Positions 17,791 to 29,556 are shown, counted from the first letter of the stretch. The stretch is DNA of 64,000 nt from Moorellaceae bacterium (GCA_049701195.1 JBNATU010000005.1:9015-73014), one strand, 5' to 3'. Notes: generated from the letters alone by a model not told the origin. Numbers and translations: made by a program.

Positions 17791-18132
17791 TCAGCAAAGG
17801 TTCCTGAGCTGTCTTCCTCCCAGGAGGTGAAAATGGAGATGGTATATGACCTGCCCGCCCTCCTGTTTACAATTATTCACCAGGCGAAAGCCCCGGTCGG
17901 CCAATCCCTGTTCACGGGCCAGATTAACGGCTACCAGATGAAGGTGACCGATAATCTTGGCGTCCTCCTCCGTAATGGCCGTTAGGTCCGGAATATGCTT
18001 GCGAGGAACTAACAAAATATGCACCGGAGCTACCGGTCGAATATCCTTAAAAGCAACTACATATTCATCCTGGTAAACCATTTCTGCCGGCAGTTCTCCG
18101 GCTATTATTTTGCAAAAAATGCATTCGGACAT
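17791..18132 (-). CDS. HIT family (histidine triad) nucleotide hydrolase
   Basis: 113 aa with the histidine triad HLHFHLLGG. Confidence 0.9.
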   Translation of the reverse strand: MSECIFCKIIAGELPAEMVYQDEYVVAFKDIRPVAPVHILLVPRKHIPDLTAITEEDAKIIGHLHLVAVNLAREQGLADRGFRLVNNCKQEGGQVIYHLHFHLLGGRQLRNLC

Positions 18133-18243
18133 AAATCTTTGGGCCCCCTCTATAATAAATCTATAATTTGTTCGGTAAATAGCCGCTATTGTATTCCTTC
18201 TCCCTTTCTGGCCAAAATCCTTCCCGCAAACCGCTTGCCGTTC

Positions 18244-19564
18244 TTAGGAAATTTTTTCGCCCCAAACTTTGTCCGTACGCCATTCCAGAAGCCGCACCGG
18301 CAGCAAGCGTCCTGTCCAATCTCCTGCTGCAGCAAAAACGACCGTTAGATAATTACCGGTATGGCCCTCCCAAAGACTTTCTTTTTCACTTATCATCTCC
18401 TCGGCCAGAACCTCCATAACCTCTCCTAAAAAGCTCCTGGCATATTCCTCTTCCAGCCTTTTAGCCAGACTCCTTAGGCGGGCCACGCGCTCTTTCTTAA
18501 CTTCGGGTTCTACTTGCTCCGGCATGGCGGCCGCCGGCGTACCTGCCCGAGGAGAATAGGGAAATACATGGATACGGGCAAAGGCGGCCTCTTGGGCTAC
18601 TTCCAGAGTATGGCGGAAATGCTCCTCTTTTTCACCCGGGAAACCCACTATAATATCGGTAGTTATAGCGGCGCGAGGCCTTCCGGAACGCAGTAGGCGA
18701 AGCAGATGTAAATATTCCCTGCTGGTATACCGCCTTCCCATGCGCTGAAGGATAAAGTCATCTCCGCTTTGGAGAGGAATGTGAAAATGAGGGCAGATCT
18801 TTTCCTCTTCCGTTAAAGTACGGATCAATTCCGGCGTAAAATCCAAGGGATCGATGGAGCTCACCCGGATCCGCCCCAAGCCGGGCAGTTTCAGGAGTTG
18901 CCGGAGCAAATAACTCAAATCGATGCCCTGCTGCGCATCGCGGCCATAGGCACCGGTGTGGACCCCGGTCAAAACTATTTCTTTATAACCGGCCGCCACC
19001 AGCTTTCGGACTTCTTCTACCACCAGTTCCGGGGCTCTACTGCGCAAGGGCCCCCGTGCGTAAGGGACTATACAGTAAGTACAATACTCCTCACAGCCCT
19101 CCTGAATTTTTATAAAAGCCCTGGCCCTGTGGACCTGACTTACAGGTAACTCCTCAAAGGGCTCGCCCTCTTCCAGTTCCCTTACCGCGTTGATAATTTT
19201 CCCGGTACGGCGAGCCTCTTCTACCAGTTCTACCACCCGGGATCTATCTTTGGTGCCCACTACCACATCCACCCCGGGAATGCCCAGAACCTCTTCCGGG
19301 GCCACCTGGGCATAGCAGCCGGTAACCGCCACCACCGCCTCCGGATTGTTGCGCAGGGCCCGGCGAATCATCTGTCGGGATTTCCGGTCGCTCAGGTGGG
19401 TAACCGTACAGGTATGCACCACATAAACGTCCGCCCGGTCCTCGAAGGGCACTATTTCGTAGCCGGCAGAGCGAAAAAGACCTTTAAAAGCTTCCAATTC
19501 GTTCTGGTTCACTTTACACCCCAAGCTGGTCAGTGCCACCCGCGGTGCTGCCATCCCCAGCACC
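18244..19564 (-). CDS. mtaB: tRNA t6A37 methylthiotransferase MtaB
   Basis: MTTase N-terminal domain (LGCKVNQ), radical-SAM CEEYCTYC and a TRAM C-terminus. I prefer ATG 19564 behind GGGAGGAGG. The ORF-track maximum is 19587. Confidence 0.9.
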
Positions 19565-20314
19565 TCCTCCCAGATCTCCCCATTCATACATAAGGGCGGC
19601 CAGACAGACCAAACCCGCTGTCTCGGTGCGCAAAATACGCGGTCCCAAGCCTATCACCCGTCCTCCTGCCTGCCGGGCCAGTTCCACTTCCGTACGGCTT
19701 AAGCCCCCTTCCGGACCTACCAGAAGGGCCACATGAGCAGGAGGTTTTACCCTGGACAACACCTCCTTTAATCCCAGGCTCCGCTCTTCTTCCCAAAGTA
19801 CCAGCAGGAGAGTTTGGCCGGGAAGCCGGGTCAGAGCTGAAGCCAGCTCTATAGGACCCTCTACCAGGGGTACATAACTGCGGCGGCTCTGCTGAGCCGC
19901 CGCCCTGGCTATCTTCTGCCAGCGCTCTTTCTTCCTGGCCGCCGTCTTATCCTCCAAGTGGGTTATTACCCTTTCCGTAAGTACCGCCACTATCCTCTTA
20001 ACTCCCAATTCGGTACATTTCTCTATAATTAATTCCATCTTGTCGCCCTTGGGTATTCCCTGCAACAAAGTAACGGATAAGGGGGGCTCACTGGAGGCAA
20101 GGGGCTCCAACACGTCTGCCTCCACTTCTCCCTTACGAACTGCTGTCACCCGCCCTTTGAAAAGTCCTCCCCGGCCGTCAGCTAAGGTTATCTCCTCCCC
20201 TATTCTCAAGCGTAAAACCCGAGAAGCATGATGGCCCGTTTCCCCTCGAAGAATCACCTTGGGGCTATTAAGCTGCTCATCAGGTATAAAAAAATGGTGG
20301 GCCACGTGGCTCAC
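19514..20314 (-). CDS. rsmE: 16S rRNA (uracil1498-N3)-methyltransferase RsmE
   Basis: HHFFIP N-terminus and SPOUT motif GPEGGLSRTE. GTG 20314 overlaps the prmA stop (GTGA); GTG 20305 is an alternative. A Gly-rich C-terminal tail overlaps mtaB by 51 nt. Confidence 0.85.
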   Translation of the reverse strand: MSHVAHHFFIPDEQLNSPKVILRGETGHHASRVLRLRIGEEITLADGRGGLFKGRVTAVRKGEVEADVLEPLASSEPPLSVTLLQGIPKGDKMELIIEKCTELGVKRIVAVLTERVITHLEDKTAARKKERWQKIARAAAQQSRRSYVPLVEGPIELASALTRLPGQTLLLVLWEEERSLGLKEVLSRVKPPAHVALLVGPEGGLSRTEVELARQAGGRVIGLGPRILRTETAGLVCLAALMYEWGDLGGGAGDGSTAGGTDQLGV

Positions 20315-21174
20315 CCTTTCCTCGCCACCAGGGTCACCCAATCTCCCTGGACCTTTTGCGCCCTTAGAGTAAACCCCTCAGCCTTCAGCGCTGCCCTCAT
20401 TTCGGGGGAGCGCGGGCTAATAATACCTCCTAGAATAATATGCCCTCCCGGACGCAGAACTCTGGACGCTTGGGGGAGCAAAACCAGGAGTACGTCGGCC
20501 ACAATGTTGGCCACCACCAAATCGGCCAGATCCTTCACTCCACGCAGCAAATCGCCTTGTTGAACTTTAACTTTGTCCGCCACCCCGTTGCGCTCTACAT
20601 TCTCCTGGGCCGCCTTCAAGGCCACCGGATCGTTATCGATAGCCACTACGCGGCCGGCACCCAGCAAAGCCGCAGCTATGGCTATAATCCCCGACCCGGT
20701 ACCTACATCATATACCGTAGCTCCCGGTTCTAGCCACTTTTCCAGCATTTCCAAGGCCATGGCCGTAGTAGCGTGGGTACCCGTGCCAAAGGCCATCCCC
20801 GGGTCCAGCTCAATAATTATCTCCCCGGACCCGGGTACATAATTCTCCCAGCTCGGTTTGACTACCAGGCGACTGCCTATTCTTACCGGCTTATAATAAG
20901 CCTTCCAAGCGTTAGCCCAGTCTTCTTCCTTCACGGTCTTACAAGAAAGCCCGACCAAGCAATCCGGAAAATATCGGCCTAGCCGGTTTAAACCTTCTTT
21001 CAGCTTTTCCCAACGGTCAGGCCATAATGCATCCTGGGGTAAATAACCCCGAATGATGAGGGGGCTTCTCTCATCTTCGATGATCAGGCCTTGAGCCCCA
21101 ACTGCATAAAAAATATCAGCCGCCGCCTCGCCGGCCTCCTCGGCAATGGTAATACTAATCTCCTGCCACTTCAT
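20311..21174 (-). CDS. prmA: Ribosomal protein L11 methyltransferase
   Basis: MKWQEISI N-terminus and SAM motif DVGTGSGIIAIAA. Confidence 0.9.
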   Translation of the reverse strand: MKWQEISITIAEEAGEAAADIFYAVGAQGLIIEDERSPLIIRGYLPQDALWPDRWEKLKEGLNRLGRYFPDCLVGLSCKTVKEEDWANAWKAYYKPVRIGSRLVVKPSWENYVPGSGEIIIELDPGMAFGTGTHATTAMALEMLEKWLEPGATVYDVGTGSGIIAIAAALLGAGRVVAIDNDPVALKAAQENVERNGVADKVKVQQGDLLRGVKDLADLVVANIVADVLLVLLPQASRVLRPGGHIILGGIISPRSPEMRAALKAEGFTLRAQKVQGDWVTLVARKG

Positions 21175-21184
21175 AGTCTTATTA

Positions 21185-22351
21185 TTAACCCATAAAAGCA
21201 TCTTTTACTTTCCTAAAAAAGCCTTTGTCTTTATTATTCCTGTCCTCTTCCGAGGGCTCCCAGCCGGAAAGACGGGCGAATTCTCGCAGCAACTCTTTCT
21301 GCTTCTCCGTGAGATTCTTAGGAATGACTACGCGTACCAATACATGCTGGTCGCCCCGGCCTGCGCCGTTTAGGCGGGGAATCCCCTTGCCTTTGAGGCG
21401 AAAAGAAGTGCCGCTCTGCGTTCCTTCAGGTATGGTTAATCGGGCTTTGCCGTCCAAAGTAGGCACTTCTATCTCATCACCCAGAGCAGCCTGTACCATG
21501 GATATAGGTATCTCGCATATCACGTCAAACCCTTCACGGCGGAAGATCTTATGGGGCCGGACATTAATATATACGTAGAGATCACCCGCAGGCCCGCCCC
21601 GCTCGCCCGCTTCTCCTTCCCCTACCAGACGCAGCCGTGCGCCGTTATCCACTCCGGGCGGAATTTTGACCTTAATCTTACGCGTACGGTGTACTTGACC
21701 ACGGCCGCGACAAGTTTTACAAGGGTTGGGGATAATAGTACCCGTCCCCTGGCACTGGTGACAGGTACGGATGCTTTGAAAATAGCCGAAGGCCGTGCGC
21801 TGGGATACCCGGACCTGTCCCGTACCCTGGCAGGTCGGGCAGCTTACCGGATAAGTGCCCGGAGCAGCACCGGACCCACCGCAGTCAGGGCACTTCTCCA
21901 GCCGTGGTACCCCGATTTCTTTTTCCGCCCCAAAAGCCGCCTCTTCAAAAGAAATATCCAGGTCCACCCGTATATCGGCACCGCGCTGGGGACCCGGTTG
22001 GCGCCTTCGGCTGCCGCCGAAAGCCTCCCCAAAAAACATGTCGAAGAGGTCGCCGAAGCCCCCAAAGTCCGTAGCCGAGCCGCCGAAATCAAACCCGCCA
22101 AAGCCGGGACCGGCGCCCGGTCCACCTTCTACGCCGGCGTGACCGAATTGATCATAACGGGACCTCTTCTCCGGATCGCTTAACACCTCATAGGCTTCCT
22201 GGATTTCCTTAAACTTTTCTTCCGCCTCTTTGTTACCCGGATTCAAGTCCGGGTGATACTGCCGTGCCAGGCGCCGGTAAGCTTTTTTTATTTCCTCCTG
22301 TGAGGCCCCCCGTTCCACCCCCAGGACCTCATAATAATCGCGCTTCGGCAT
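21185..22351 (-). CDS. dnaJ: Molecular chaperone DnaJ
   Basis: J domain with HPD, a G/F-rich linker and four CxxCxG zinc repeats. I prefer the [12 protein letters not shown] start. The ORF-track maximum is 22366. Confidence 0.95.
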   Translation of the reverse strand: MPKRDYYEVLGVERGASQEEIKKAYRRLARQYHPDLNPGNKEAEEKFKEIQEAYEVLSDPEKRSRYDQFGHAGVEGGPGAGPGFGGFDFGGSATDFGGFGDLFDMFFGEAFGGSRRRQPGPQRGADIRVDLDISFEEAAFGAEKEIGVPRLEKCPDCGGSGAAPGTYPVSCPTCQGTGQVRVSQRTAFGYFQSIRTCHQCQGTGTIIPNPCKTCRGRGQVHRTRKIKVKIPPGVDNGARLRLVGEGEAGERGGPAGDLYVYINVRPHKIFRREGFDVICEIPISMVQAALGDEIEVPTLDGKARLTIPEGTQSGTSFRLKGKGIPRLNGAGRGDQHVLVRVVIPKNLTEKQKELLREFARLSGWEPSEEDRNNKDKGFFRKVKDAFMG

Positions 22352-22366
22352 GACCATCACCGGCAC

Positions 22367-24217
22367 TTATTTCTTATCATCATCCATAACACGGTAATCG
22401 GCGTCTACCACCTTATCCCGGCCCGATCCAGGACCTTCCGTCCCGGTAGCCTGCCAAGCCTGCCCGGAGGCTCCCTGAGCCTGCTGATAAACCTTGGTGG
22501 TGAGGCCGTAGAGGGCCTGGGACAAGGCTTCCATTTTCTCCTTAATCTTACCGATGTCTGCGCCACCCAGGGCGTCCTGAAGCTCCTTCTTGGCCTGTTC
22601 AATGCGCTCTACATCTGCCTTGTCGGCCTTCTCCTTAAACTCCTTCAGCGTACGCTCTACCTGATAGATAAGGGAATCCGCCTGGTTCCTCGTCTCCACC
22701 TCTTCCTTGCGCCGCCGGTCAGCTTCAGCATACGTTTCGGCTTCCTTAATCATACGCTGAATTTCTTCTTCGCTTAAGCCGCTGGAAGATTTAATGGTTA
22801 TGGCCTGCTGCTTGCCGGTGGCTAAATCTTTAGCCGATACGTGGACAATGCCGTTGGCGTCTATATCAAATTTGACTTCAATTTGGGGTACACCCCGCGG
22901 CGCCGGCGGGATTCCCGTCAACAGGAAGCGGCCCAAGCTCTTGTTGTCAGCCGCCATGGGACGTTCGCCTTGGAGCACGTGGATTTCCACCGTCGTCTGG
23001 TTATCCGCCGCTGTAGTGAAGATTTGGCTTTTAGAAGTAGGAATGGTGGTATTGCGCTCAATAATCTTGGTAAATACTCCGCCCAAGGTTTCGATACCCA
23101 GAGATAGGGGCGTAACATCCAGCAGCACTATATCCCTTACTTCTCCGGACAAGACTGCGCCTTGAATGGCCGCCCCCATGGCCACGCACTCGTCAGGATT
23201 GATCCCTTTGTGGGGTTCCTTACCTAAAATTCTCCTTACCGTTTCCTGTACCAAAGGAACACGCGTGGAACCACCGACTAAGATTACCTTATCGATATCC
23301 TCGGGCTTAAGCCCGGCATCCGCCAAAGCTTGCCGGATGGGCTCTACCGTTTTTTCTACCAGGTCGGAAATAAGCTCTTCAAATTTGGCCCGCGTCAAAG
23401 TAACATCTAGGTGAACCGGACCACTGGAAGTAACTGCAATAAAGGGCAAGTTGATATTGGTACTGGTAACGCTGGAGAGCTCGATCTTAGCCCTCTCGGC
23501 AGCTTCCTTTAGGCGCTGCATGGCCATCCTATCCTGGCGCAAATCCACACCATGTTCGCGCCGGCAGATATCTATAAGGTAATTCATGATACGTTCATCA
23601 AAATCATCGCCGCCCAAGCGGTTGTTGCCGCTGGTGGCCTTCACTTCAAAGACTCCATCGCCCAGCTCCAGGATAGATACGTCAAAGGTGCCCCCACCCA
23701 GGTCGTAAACCAATATCGTCTGGTCTTCGCCCTTGTCCAGACCATAAGCCAGGGCCGCCGCTGTGGGCTCATTTATGATGCGTAAAACTTCTAGTCCGGC
23801 AATGCGGCCGGCATCCTTGGTAGCCTGCCGCTGGCTGTCGGTAAAATAAGCCGGAACGGTGATAACGGCTTGGGTGACCTTCTCTCCCAGATAAGCCTCG
23901 GCATCGGCCTTTAATTTCTGCAAAATCATGGCCGAAATTTCCTGAGGAGTATATTCTTTATCATCTATCCTCACTTTATGGCTGGTTCCCATATGCCGCT
24001 TAATGGACATAATCGTGCGCTCGGGATTCATAATAGCCTGGCGCTTGGCAGCCAGGCCCACCAGGCGCTCACCTTCCTTGGTGAAGGCCACCACCGAAGG
24101 GGTGGTCCTTCCACCTTCGGCATTGGGAATTACTACCGCTTCACCGCCTTCCATAATGGCCATACAAGAGTTGGTAGTACCTAGATCAATACCCAGCACT
24201 TTGCCTTTATTCGCCAT
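22367..24217 (-). CDS. dnaK: Molecular chaperone DnaK (Hsp70)
   Basis: Hsp70 signatures [16 protein letters not shown] and VILVGGSTR. Confidence 0.97.
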   Translation of the reverse strand: MANKGKVLGIDLGTTNSCMAIMEGGEAVVIPNAEGGRTTPSVVAFTKEGERLVGLAAKRQAIMNPERTIMSIKRHMGTSHKVRIDDKEYTPQEISAMILQKLKADAEAYLGEKVTQAVITVPAYFTDSQRQATKDAGRIAGLEVLRIINEPTAAALAYGLDKGEDQTILVYDLGGGTFDVSILELGDGVFEVKATSGNNRLGGDDFDERIMNYLIDICRREHGVDLRQDRMAMQRLKEAAERAKIELSSVTSTNINLPFIAVTSSGPVHLDVTLTRAKFEELISDLVEKTVEPIRQALADAGLKPEDIDKVILVGGSTRVPLVQETVRRILGKEPHKGINPDECVAMGAAIQGAVLSGEVRDIVLLDVTPLSLGIETLGGVFTKIIERNTTIPTSKSQIFTTAADNQTTVEIHVLQGERPMAADNKSLGRFLLTGIPPAPRGVPQIEVKFDIDANGIVHVSAKDLATGKQQAITIKSSSGLSEEEIQRMIKEAETYAEADRRRKEEVETRNQADSLIYQVERTLKEFKEKADKADVERIEQAKKELQDALGGADIGKIKEKMEALSQALYGLTTKVYQQAQGASGQAWQATGTEGPGSGRDKVVDADYRVMDDDKK

Positions 24218-24228
24218 AATGCTACCCC

Positions 24229-25032
24229 CTATTCCTCCTCAGATTCTCGTGGAATTTTCTCTTCCCGTTCTTCGCCCTTTCCCTCTTGAACGGCGGAACC
24301 GCCGGCCACTGCCACTTTTACCAGGGCCGGTCGCAGAAGACGCCCGTGCAAGAAATAACCTTTGCGCAGTTCCGCCATCACCAAGTTATGCCGAGCTACA
24401 TCTTCCGTTTCTTCCGTAGCTACTACTTCATGGTAGGCAGGATTAAAGGGTTGCCCTACGGCCTCCACCTCGGTTAACCCTTGCCTATGCAAAATGTCCC
24501 AGAGTTGGCGACTAACCATTTCTATACCGGTTAACAGTGACCCCTTTTCTCCCCCGGCTCTGCCGGTTTCCAAGGCCCAGCCTAGATTATCCAGTACAGG
24601 CAAAAGCTCCCTTATAAGGTTAGCCGCAGCTTTTTCTTGGGCTTCTTGCTGTTCCCGCCGGACACGCTTGCGATAGTTGTCAAAATCCGCCTGTAAACGC
24701 ACCAGCTGGGAACGGAGTGTCTCTATCTCCCTCTGTTTGGCCGCCAGCTCTTCTTTAAGGGCCGCGATTTCGCCTTCCTCAATTCTCTCTTCCTCACTTT
24801 TCTCGACTACACCGGCTTCATCTATGCTTTCTATCTCTCGTCCTTCTGCTTCGCCTTCCTCTAAACCTGCGGCCGGGGCTCCCTCGGGTGTACCGTTCTT
24901 GCCCGTATCCTCCTCGGTCCCTTCCTCGACGCCCCTTTTATTGATAGATACGGATATGCTGTCTCTACCTTGGCCGCCGCCGTTCGTGTCGTCCTGCAAT
25001 TTTCTCACCTGTTCTTCCTTTTCCTTAGCCAT
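24229..25032 (-). CDS. grpE: Nucleotide exchange factor GrpE
   Basis: GrpE C-terminal fold (DFDNYRKRV...) after a long acidic N-terminal region. I prefer ATG 25032 (MAKEKEE). hrcA-grpE-dnaK-dnaJ gene order. Confidence 0.9.
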   Translation of the reverse strand: MAKEKEEQVRKLQDDTNGGGQGRDSISVSINKRGVEEGTEEDTGKNGTPEGAPAAGLEEGEAEGREIESIDEAGVVEKSEEERIEEGEIAALKEELAAKQREIETLRSQLVRLQADFDNYRKRVRREQQEAQEKAAANLIRELLPVLDNLGWALETGRAGGEKGSLLTGIEMVSRQLWDILHRQGLTEVEAVGQPFNPAYHEVVATEETEDVARHNLVMAELRKGYFLHGRLLRPALVKVAVAGGSAVQEGKGEEREEKIPRESEEE

Positions 25033-25088
25033 AAACTTCCCCTTCACCCCTTCCGGCAAAAAGACCAAACACACCTCCAAGTGCCGGC

Positions 25089-26123
25089 CTAACCGCATAA
25101 CTTTTCTAAAGCCCGGGAGAGATTGCGCGCCACATATTCCAGAACAGAAATGGTGCGAGAATAATGCATACGCGTAGGTCCCAGAACTCCTACATTACCG
25201 ATAACTTCTCCGTTTATTTCATAGGTTACGGTGAGTATGCTGCAATTATTAATGTCCTTATACTTGTTTTCCCGCCCGATCTTAACGGTAAGCCCTGCCG
25301 GAGGGCCTTCGGCAAACAGTTCGCGTAACGTTTCGGTCCTTTCCAGGAGAGATAACAGCCCTTTAACTTTATCAATACTCCTGAATTCGGGTTGTTCGAA
25401 AAGGTTAATAGTGCCGTCCAAAAAGATTCTCTCTTCTTTTTCCAATCTGCTCAGCTGTTCCAGCAGCTCTATCAAAAGGGAACAAAGTTCCTTATGCTCG
25501 GAAACAAGTTCCCGATAAACATTGTTTAACACTGCCGGTTTCAACTCTTCCAACATTACGCCTTGCAGGCGCTCATTTAACATACAGGAAAGACGGAAAA
25601 GTTCGGGGCTGCTTACTCCTTTCGGCACATTAAATAGATGGTGTTCTACCAACCCGTTGCTGGTAACCACTACCAGCAAGGCTTTGCCCGGAGACAGATA
25701 TAACAGCTGTACCTGCTGAATATGCGACTTCCCCTGATAAGGTCCCACCGCCACCGCTGCATAGCTGGTCATTTCGGCAATTAGTCGGGTAGCGTCGGCC
25801 AGAACCTGTTCGATTTCCCCTATTTTTTGCTCGAACCGCCGGCGAATATATTCCTTTTCGGCAGCACTAAGCTCATGCTTCTCCATAAGACAGTCCACGT
25901 AATAACGATAACCTAAATCAGATGGGATGCGGCCGGCAGAAGTATGAGGCTGCTCAATAAGGCCGAGTTCCTCCAGGTCGGCCATTTCATTGCGGATGGT
26001 GGCCGGACTCACCCCTAAATTGTAGCGCCGGGCAATGGTACGGGAACCTACCGGCTCTCCCGTAGCAATATAATCTAAGATAATAGCCTCTAGAATCTTC
26101 CTTTTCCGTCCCTCCACCCGCAT
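25089..26123 (-). CDS. hrcA: Heat-inducible transcription repressor HrcA
   Basis: 344 aa with a winged-helix N-terminus (RKILEAIILDYIATGEPVGSRT). It is the first gene of the dnaK operon, and a CIRCE element lies upstream. Confidence 0.95.
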   Translation of the reverse strand: MRVEGRKRKILEAIILDYIATGEPVGSRTIARRYNLGVSPATIRNEMADLEELGLIEQPHTSAGRIPSDLGYRYYVDCLMEKHELSAAEKEYIRRRFEQKIGEIEQVLADATRLIAEMTSYAAVAVGPYQGKSHIQQVQLLYLSPGKALLVVVTSNGLVEHHLFNVPKGVSSPELFRLSCMLNERLQGVMLEELKPAVLNNVYRELVSEHKELCSLLIELLEQLSRLEKEERIFLDGTINLFEQPEFRSIDKVKGLLSLLERTETLRELFAEGPPAGLTVKIGRENKYKDINNCSILTVTYEINGEVIGNVGVLGPTRMHYSRTISVLEYVARNLSRALEKLCG

Positions 26124-26143
26124 GGATACTCACCTTCTTTTGA

Positions 26144-26170
26144 TTAGCACTCAGGTATGTCGAGTGCTAA
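26144..26170 (-). promoter_or_regulatory. CIRCE operator (HrcA binding site) of the hrcA-grpE-dnaK-dnaJ operon
   Basis: TTAGCACTC-aggtatgtc-GAGTGCTAA is a perfect match to the CIRCE consensus TTAGCACTC-N9-GAGTGCTAA. Confidence 0.9.
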
Positions 26171-26184
26171 AAACTTTCATTAAA

Positions 26185-26213
26185 AACATAGCACCCGCCC
26201 GGCGATTTGTCAA
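26185..26213 (-). promoter_or_regulatory. Sigma-A-type promoter of the hrcA operon
   Basis: The minus strand reads TTGACA-17 nt-TATGTT, immediately upstream of CIRCE. Confidence 0.55.
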
Positions 26214-26225
26214 GCAAATTCCGCC

Positions 26226-26494
26226 CTGGTGTATCCCCACTTTTTGCAGGGGAGGCCTGCTTGGACTTGAAAGCGAGCGAACAAGCCTTCGCGGTAGTCA
26301 AACTTAATGAAGCCGAAAGCGAAGGCGGACCCGAGGCTTTTGAGAGGCCTGAGGCCGGCAACTGAGACAGGATATTTAAATTCTGCCGGGAAGTCCGCCT
26401 TAAGCTCTAAAGCTGAATGATAGTTTGGCCCGCGAGGGAAACTTTCGCGAGCGAAAGCCAAGCAGACCTAGGAGCAAAACTGGGGATACGTCAG
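26226..26494 (+). mobile_element. MITE-like element, family A, copy 1 (269 bp)
   Basis: The ends are CTGGTGTATCCCCAC... and ...CTGGGGATACGTCAG, within ~45-bp imperfect TIRs. It is flanked by a perfect 9-bp direct repeat AATTCCGCC (26217-26225 and 26495-26503). There is no credible ORF inside. Confidence 0.75.
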
Positions 26495-26553
26495 AATTCC
26501 GCCTCCTCTCCCAAGAGTGGGGATACGCCAGAATTCCGGCGGTTCGCCCGGGC

Positions 26554-27681
26554 CTACATAAAGGCTACAAAGACTTCGTTAGCCAGGGGTATACCCTTCT
26601 CTGTAAGACGAAGATGATCGCCCTGTACTTCCACCAGTCCCCAAGCAGTTAGGCGCTCTAGTTCTTTCTGGTAAACATCCACCAATTCTTCTCCAAAGCG
26701 GTTTCTAAATTCCTTTAAACTAAGCCCGCGCAGCAGGCGCAGGCCCAAAAAAACGGTTTCCGCCATCTGTTGGCGTCGGGTCAATATCTCCTTTTCCGCT
26801 ATAGGCCACTTTCCCTTTTCCACGGCCTCGCAATAAGCCTCTAAAGAGGCATAATTTTGCCATCGCTCCCCCTCCCAATGGGAAGCGGCTCCCGCGCCTA
26901 AGCCCAAGTAAGGACTATTCTCCCAGTAAACCAGGTTGTGCTGGCACTCCCAACCGGGGCGGGCAAAGTTGGATATTTCGTATTGCTCATATCCTGCGGC
27001 TCTCAACTTGGCCCTGGCCCTATCATACATAGCCACCATCTCTTCCTCGGCGGCCGGACGAAGTTTTCCCGCCGCTTGCCGCCGGCCCCAGACGGTTTCC
27101 GGCGTTAGCTCCAGAGCGTAGGTAGAGAGATGCTCGGGTTCCAGGGCCAGAGCCCGATTCAAGGTATCCTCCCAGTCAGATAAACTTTGGCCCGGCAGAC
27201 CATATATCAGGTCCAGGTTTATGTTCTCAAACCCCGCTTTCCGGGCCCAATCAAAGGCCTGGTATATCTCCTCGGTCCGGTGTATGCGGCCCATAGCCCG
27301 CAGCATATTATCGTTAAAGGACTGGGCTCCCAGAGAAAGACGGTTAACTCCGACAGCGCGCAAGGCTTTTAACTTGGGCAGCGTAACCGTCCCGGGATTG
27401 ACCTCCAGGGTAATCTCGGCCGTTTCTTCTATACCCAAGATATTCCTGACCCGAGATATTAATCCCAATAAGTCGCCACCGGACAGATAGGTGGGAGTGC
27501 CGCCTCCCAGGTAAAGGGTATCGGCTTTACCCGGACGCAAAGCAGCGGCTACCAGTTCCATTTCCCGGGTCAGGGCTTGCAGGTAGCGCCGGACTCCGGA
27601 GGCGGAGACCCCGGGATAGGAATGGAAGTCACAATAGTGACACTTCTTTCTACAAAAAGGAAGGTGGATGTAGAGGTTCAC
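26554..27681 (-). CDS. hemW: Radical SAM heme chaperone HemW (HemN-like)
   Basis: CRKKCHYCDF radical-SAM motif and a HemN_C domain. lepA-hemW synteny. Confidence 0.9.
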   Translation of the reverse strand: MNLYIHLPFCRKKCHYCDFHSYPGVSASGVRRYLQALTREMELVAAALRPGKADTLYLGGGTPTYLSGGDLLGLISRVRNILGIEETAEITLEVNPGTVTLPKLKALRAVGVNRLSLGAQSFNDNMLRAMGRIHRTEEIYQAFDWARKAGFENINLDLIYGLPGQSLSDWEDTLNRALALEPEHLSTYALELTPETVWGRRQAAGKLRPAAEEEMVAMYDRARAKLRAAGYEQYEISNFARPGWECQHNLVYWENSPYLGLGAGAASHWEGERWQNYASLEAYCEAVEKGKWPIAEKEILTRRQQMAETVFLGLRLLRGLSLKEFRNRFGEELVDVYQKELERLTAWGLVEVQGDHLRLTEKGIPLANEVFVAFM

Positions 27682-29481
27682 CTAATCCACCCTCAATACG
27701 GCCATAAAAGCTTCCTGGGGTATTTCTACTTTCCCTATCTGTTTCATCCTCTTTTTACCTTCTTTTTGTTTCTCCAACAATTTGCGTTTTCGGGTAACGT
27801 CCCCGCCGTAACACTTGGCCAAGACGTTTTTGCGCAAAGCCCTTATGGTTTCTCGGGCAATTACCCTGCTTCCGATGGCCGCCTGTATAGGTACGTCAAA
27901 AAGCTGCCGCGGAATAAGCTCCTTTAAGCGCTCCACCAAAGCCCGACCGCGCTGGTAAGCCCGGTCGCGGTGGACGATTACCGAAAGGGCATCCACGACT
28001 TCATTGTTGATCAGAATATCCAGCTTTACCAGGTCGGAAGGCCTGTAACCCACGAGTTCATAGTCCAGCGAAGCATACCCGCGAGTACGGGATTTCAATT
28101 GGTCGAAGAAATCATATATAATCTCCGCCAGCGGCAGTTCATAAGTAAGAATTACCCGCTTTTCCGAAAGATACTCCATCCCCAAAAAAAGGCCCCGCCT
28201 TTCTTGACAGAGCTCCATAACTGCGCCCACGTATTCGGAGGGCAACATCAGGGTAGCCTTCACATAAGGTTCTTCCATGGAAGCAATAGTCCCCGGAGGG
28301 GGAAGATGAGTGGGGTTATCCACCATAAGTACTTCCCCGCCGGATTTTATCACTTTATAGACTACGCTGGGAGCGGTAGTAATAAGCTCTAAATCGTATT
28401 CCCTCTCCAGGCGCTCCTGGACAATCTCCATGTGGAGGAGCCCCAGAAAACCGCAGCGAAAGCCGAAGCCCAGGGCAGCCGAAGTCTCCGGTTCAAAGAC
28501 CAAAGCTGCATCATTCAACTGAAGCTTTTCTAAAGCATCCCTCAGGTCATCGTATTTTTCCGAATCCACCGGATAAAGGCCGCAATATACCATAGGCGTA
28601 ACTCGCCGATACCCGGGCAACGGAGCGGCAGCCGGCCTATCGGCGCTGGTAATGGTATCTCCGACCCGGGTATCCCTTACATTCTTAATCCCGGCAGCCA
28701 AATACCCCACTTCGCCGGCCTCCAGGGATTCTACCGGCTTGGGCGCCGGGGTAAACACCCCGGCTTCAGTTATCTCAAACTCCTTGCCGGTGGACATCAT
28801 GCGGATGACCATCCCCTTGGCAATGCGCCCGTGGACCAACCGCACGTAAGGGATAGCGCCCCGGTAGGAATCGAAATGGGAATCAAAGATCAAAGCTTGT
28901 AAAGGTTGACTCACGTCTCCTTTAGGAGGTGGAATGCGCTGGACAATAGCTTCTAAAATTTCCTCCGTACCCTGGCCCGTTTTGGCCGAAGCCAGAATCA
29001 CGGTACTGCCGTCCAACCCGAGAACCTCTTCCAGCTCCCGCCGCACGCGTTCCGGTTCCGCATTAGGAAGATCTATTTTATTGATTACCGGTATAATCTC
29101 CAGGTTGTGCTCTAATGCCAGGTAAAGATTAGCCAGAGTCTGGGCTTCAATGCCCTGGCTGGCGTCTACCACCAGCAGGGCCCCCTCGCAGGCCGCCAGG
29201 CTCCGCGAAACTTCATAGGTGAAGTCCACATGGCCCGGTGTATCGATTAAATTTAAAATGTACTCCTGACCGTTGCGGGCCCGATAGGAGAGGCGTACAG
29301 CCTGTAGCTTTATAGTAATACCCCGTTCCCGCTCCAGTTCCAGAGTATCCAACACCTGGTCCACCATTTCCCGCGGGCTCAAGGCACCGGTATATTCCAA
29401 TAAACGGTCGGCCAGGGTAGACTTGCCGTGGTCTACATGGGCAATAATGCAGAAATTGCGGATACGCTCTTGCTTGGTCAA
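27682..29481 (-). CDS. lepA: Elongation factor 4 (LepA)
   Basis: [21 protein letters not shown] and a LepA C-terminal domain. I prefer TTG 29481 ([10 protein letters not shown]), because GTG 29493 abuts the GGAGG RBS. Confidence 0.95.
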   Translation of the reverse strand: MTKQERIRNFCIIAHVDHGKSTLADRLLEYTGALSPREMVDQVLDTLELERERGITIKLQAVRLSYRARNGQEYILNLIDTPGHVDFTYEVSRSLAACEGALLVVDASQGIEAQTLANLYLALEHNLEIIPVINKIDLPNAEPERVRRELEEVLGLDGSTVILASAKTGQGTEEILEAIVQRIPPPKGDVSQPLQALIFDSHFDSYRGAIPYVRLVHGRIAKGMVIRMMSTGKEFEITEAGVFTPAPKPVESLEAGEVGYLAAGIKNVRDTRVGDTITSADRPAAAPLPGYRRVTPMVYCGLYPVDSEKYDDLRDALEKLQLNDAALVFEPETSAALGFGFRCGFLGLLHMEIVQERLEREYDLELITTAPSVVYKVIKSGGEVLMVDNPTHLPPPGTIASMEEPYVKATLMLPSEYVGAVMELCQERRGLFLGMEYLSEKRVILTYELPLAEIIYDFFDQLKSRTRGYASLDYELVGYRPSDLVKLDILINNEVVDALSVIVHRDRAYQRGRALVERLKELIPRQLFDVPIQAAIGSRVIARETIRALRKNVLAKCYGGDVTRKRKLLEKQKEGKKRMKQIGKVEIPQEAFMAVLRVD

Positions 29482-29510
29482 AACAACCGGCACCTCCTCT
29501 CCCCATTATA

Positions 29511-29547
29511 ACAAAAAGCGGGCCGGGCTAAAAGCCCGGCCCGCTTT
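29511..29547 (-). terminator. Rho-independent terminator upstream of lepA
   Basis: The minus strand reads GCGGGCCGGGC-tttta-GCCCGGCCCGC followed by TTTTTGTT. Confidence 0.75.
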
Positions 29548-29556
29548 CGGCCGCAC

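Noticed and set aside
26167-26461. ORFs of 64-106 aa lying inside family-A elements (26167-26361, 26210-26461, 52913-53233, 53225-53437, 41178-41456).
   Set aside because: They occur in different frames and on different strands in different copies. They lack RBSs and are not conserved as proteins between copies. The elements are better explained as non-coding.
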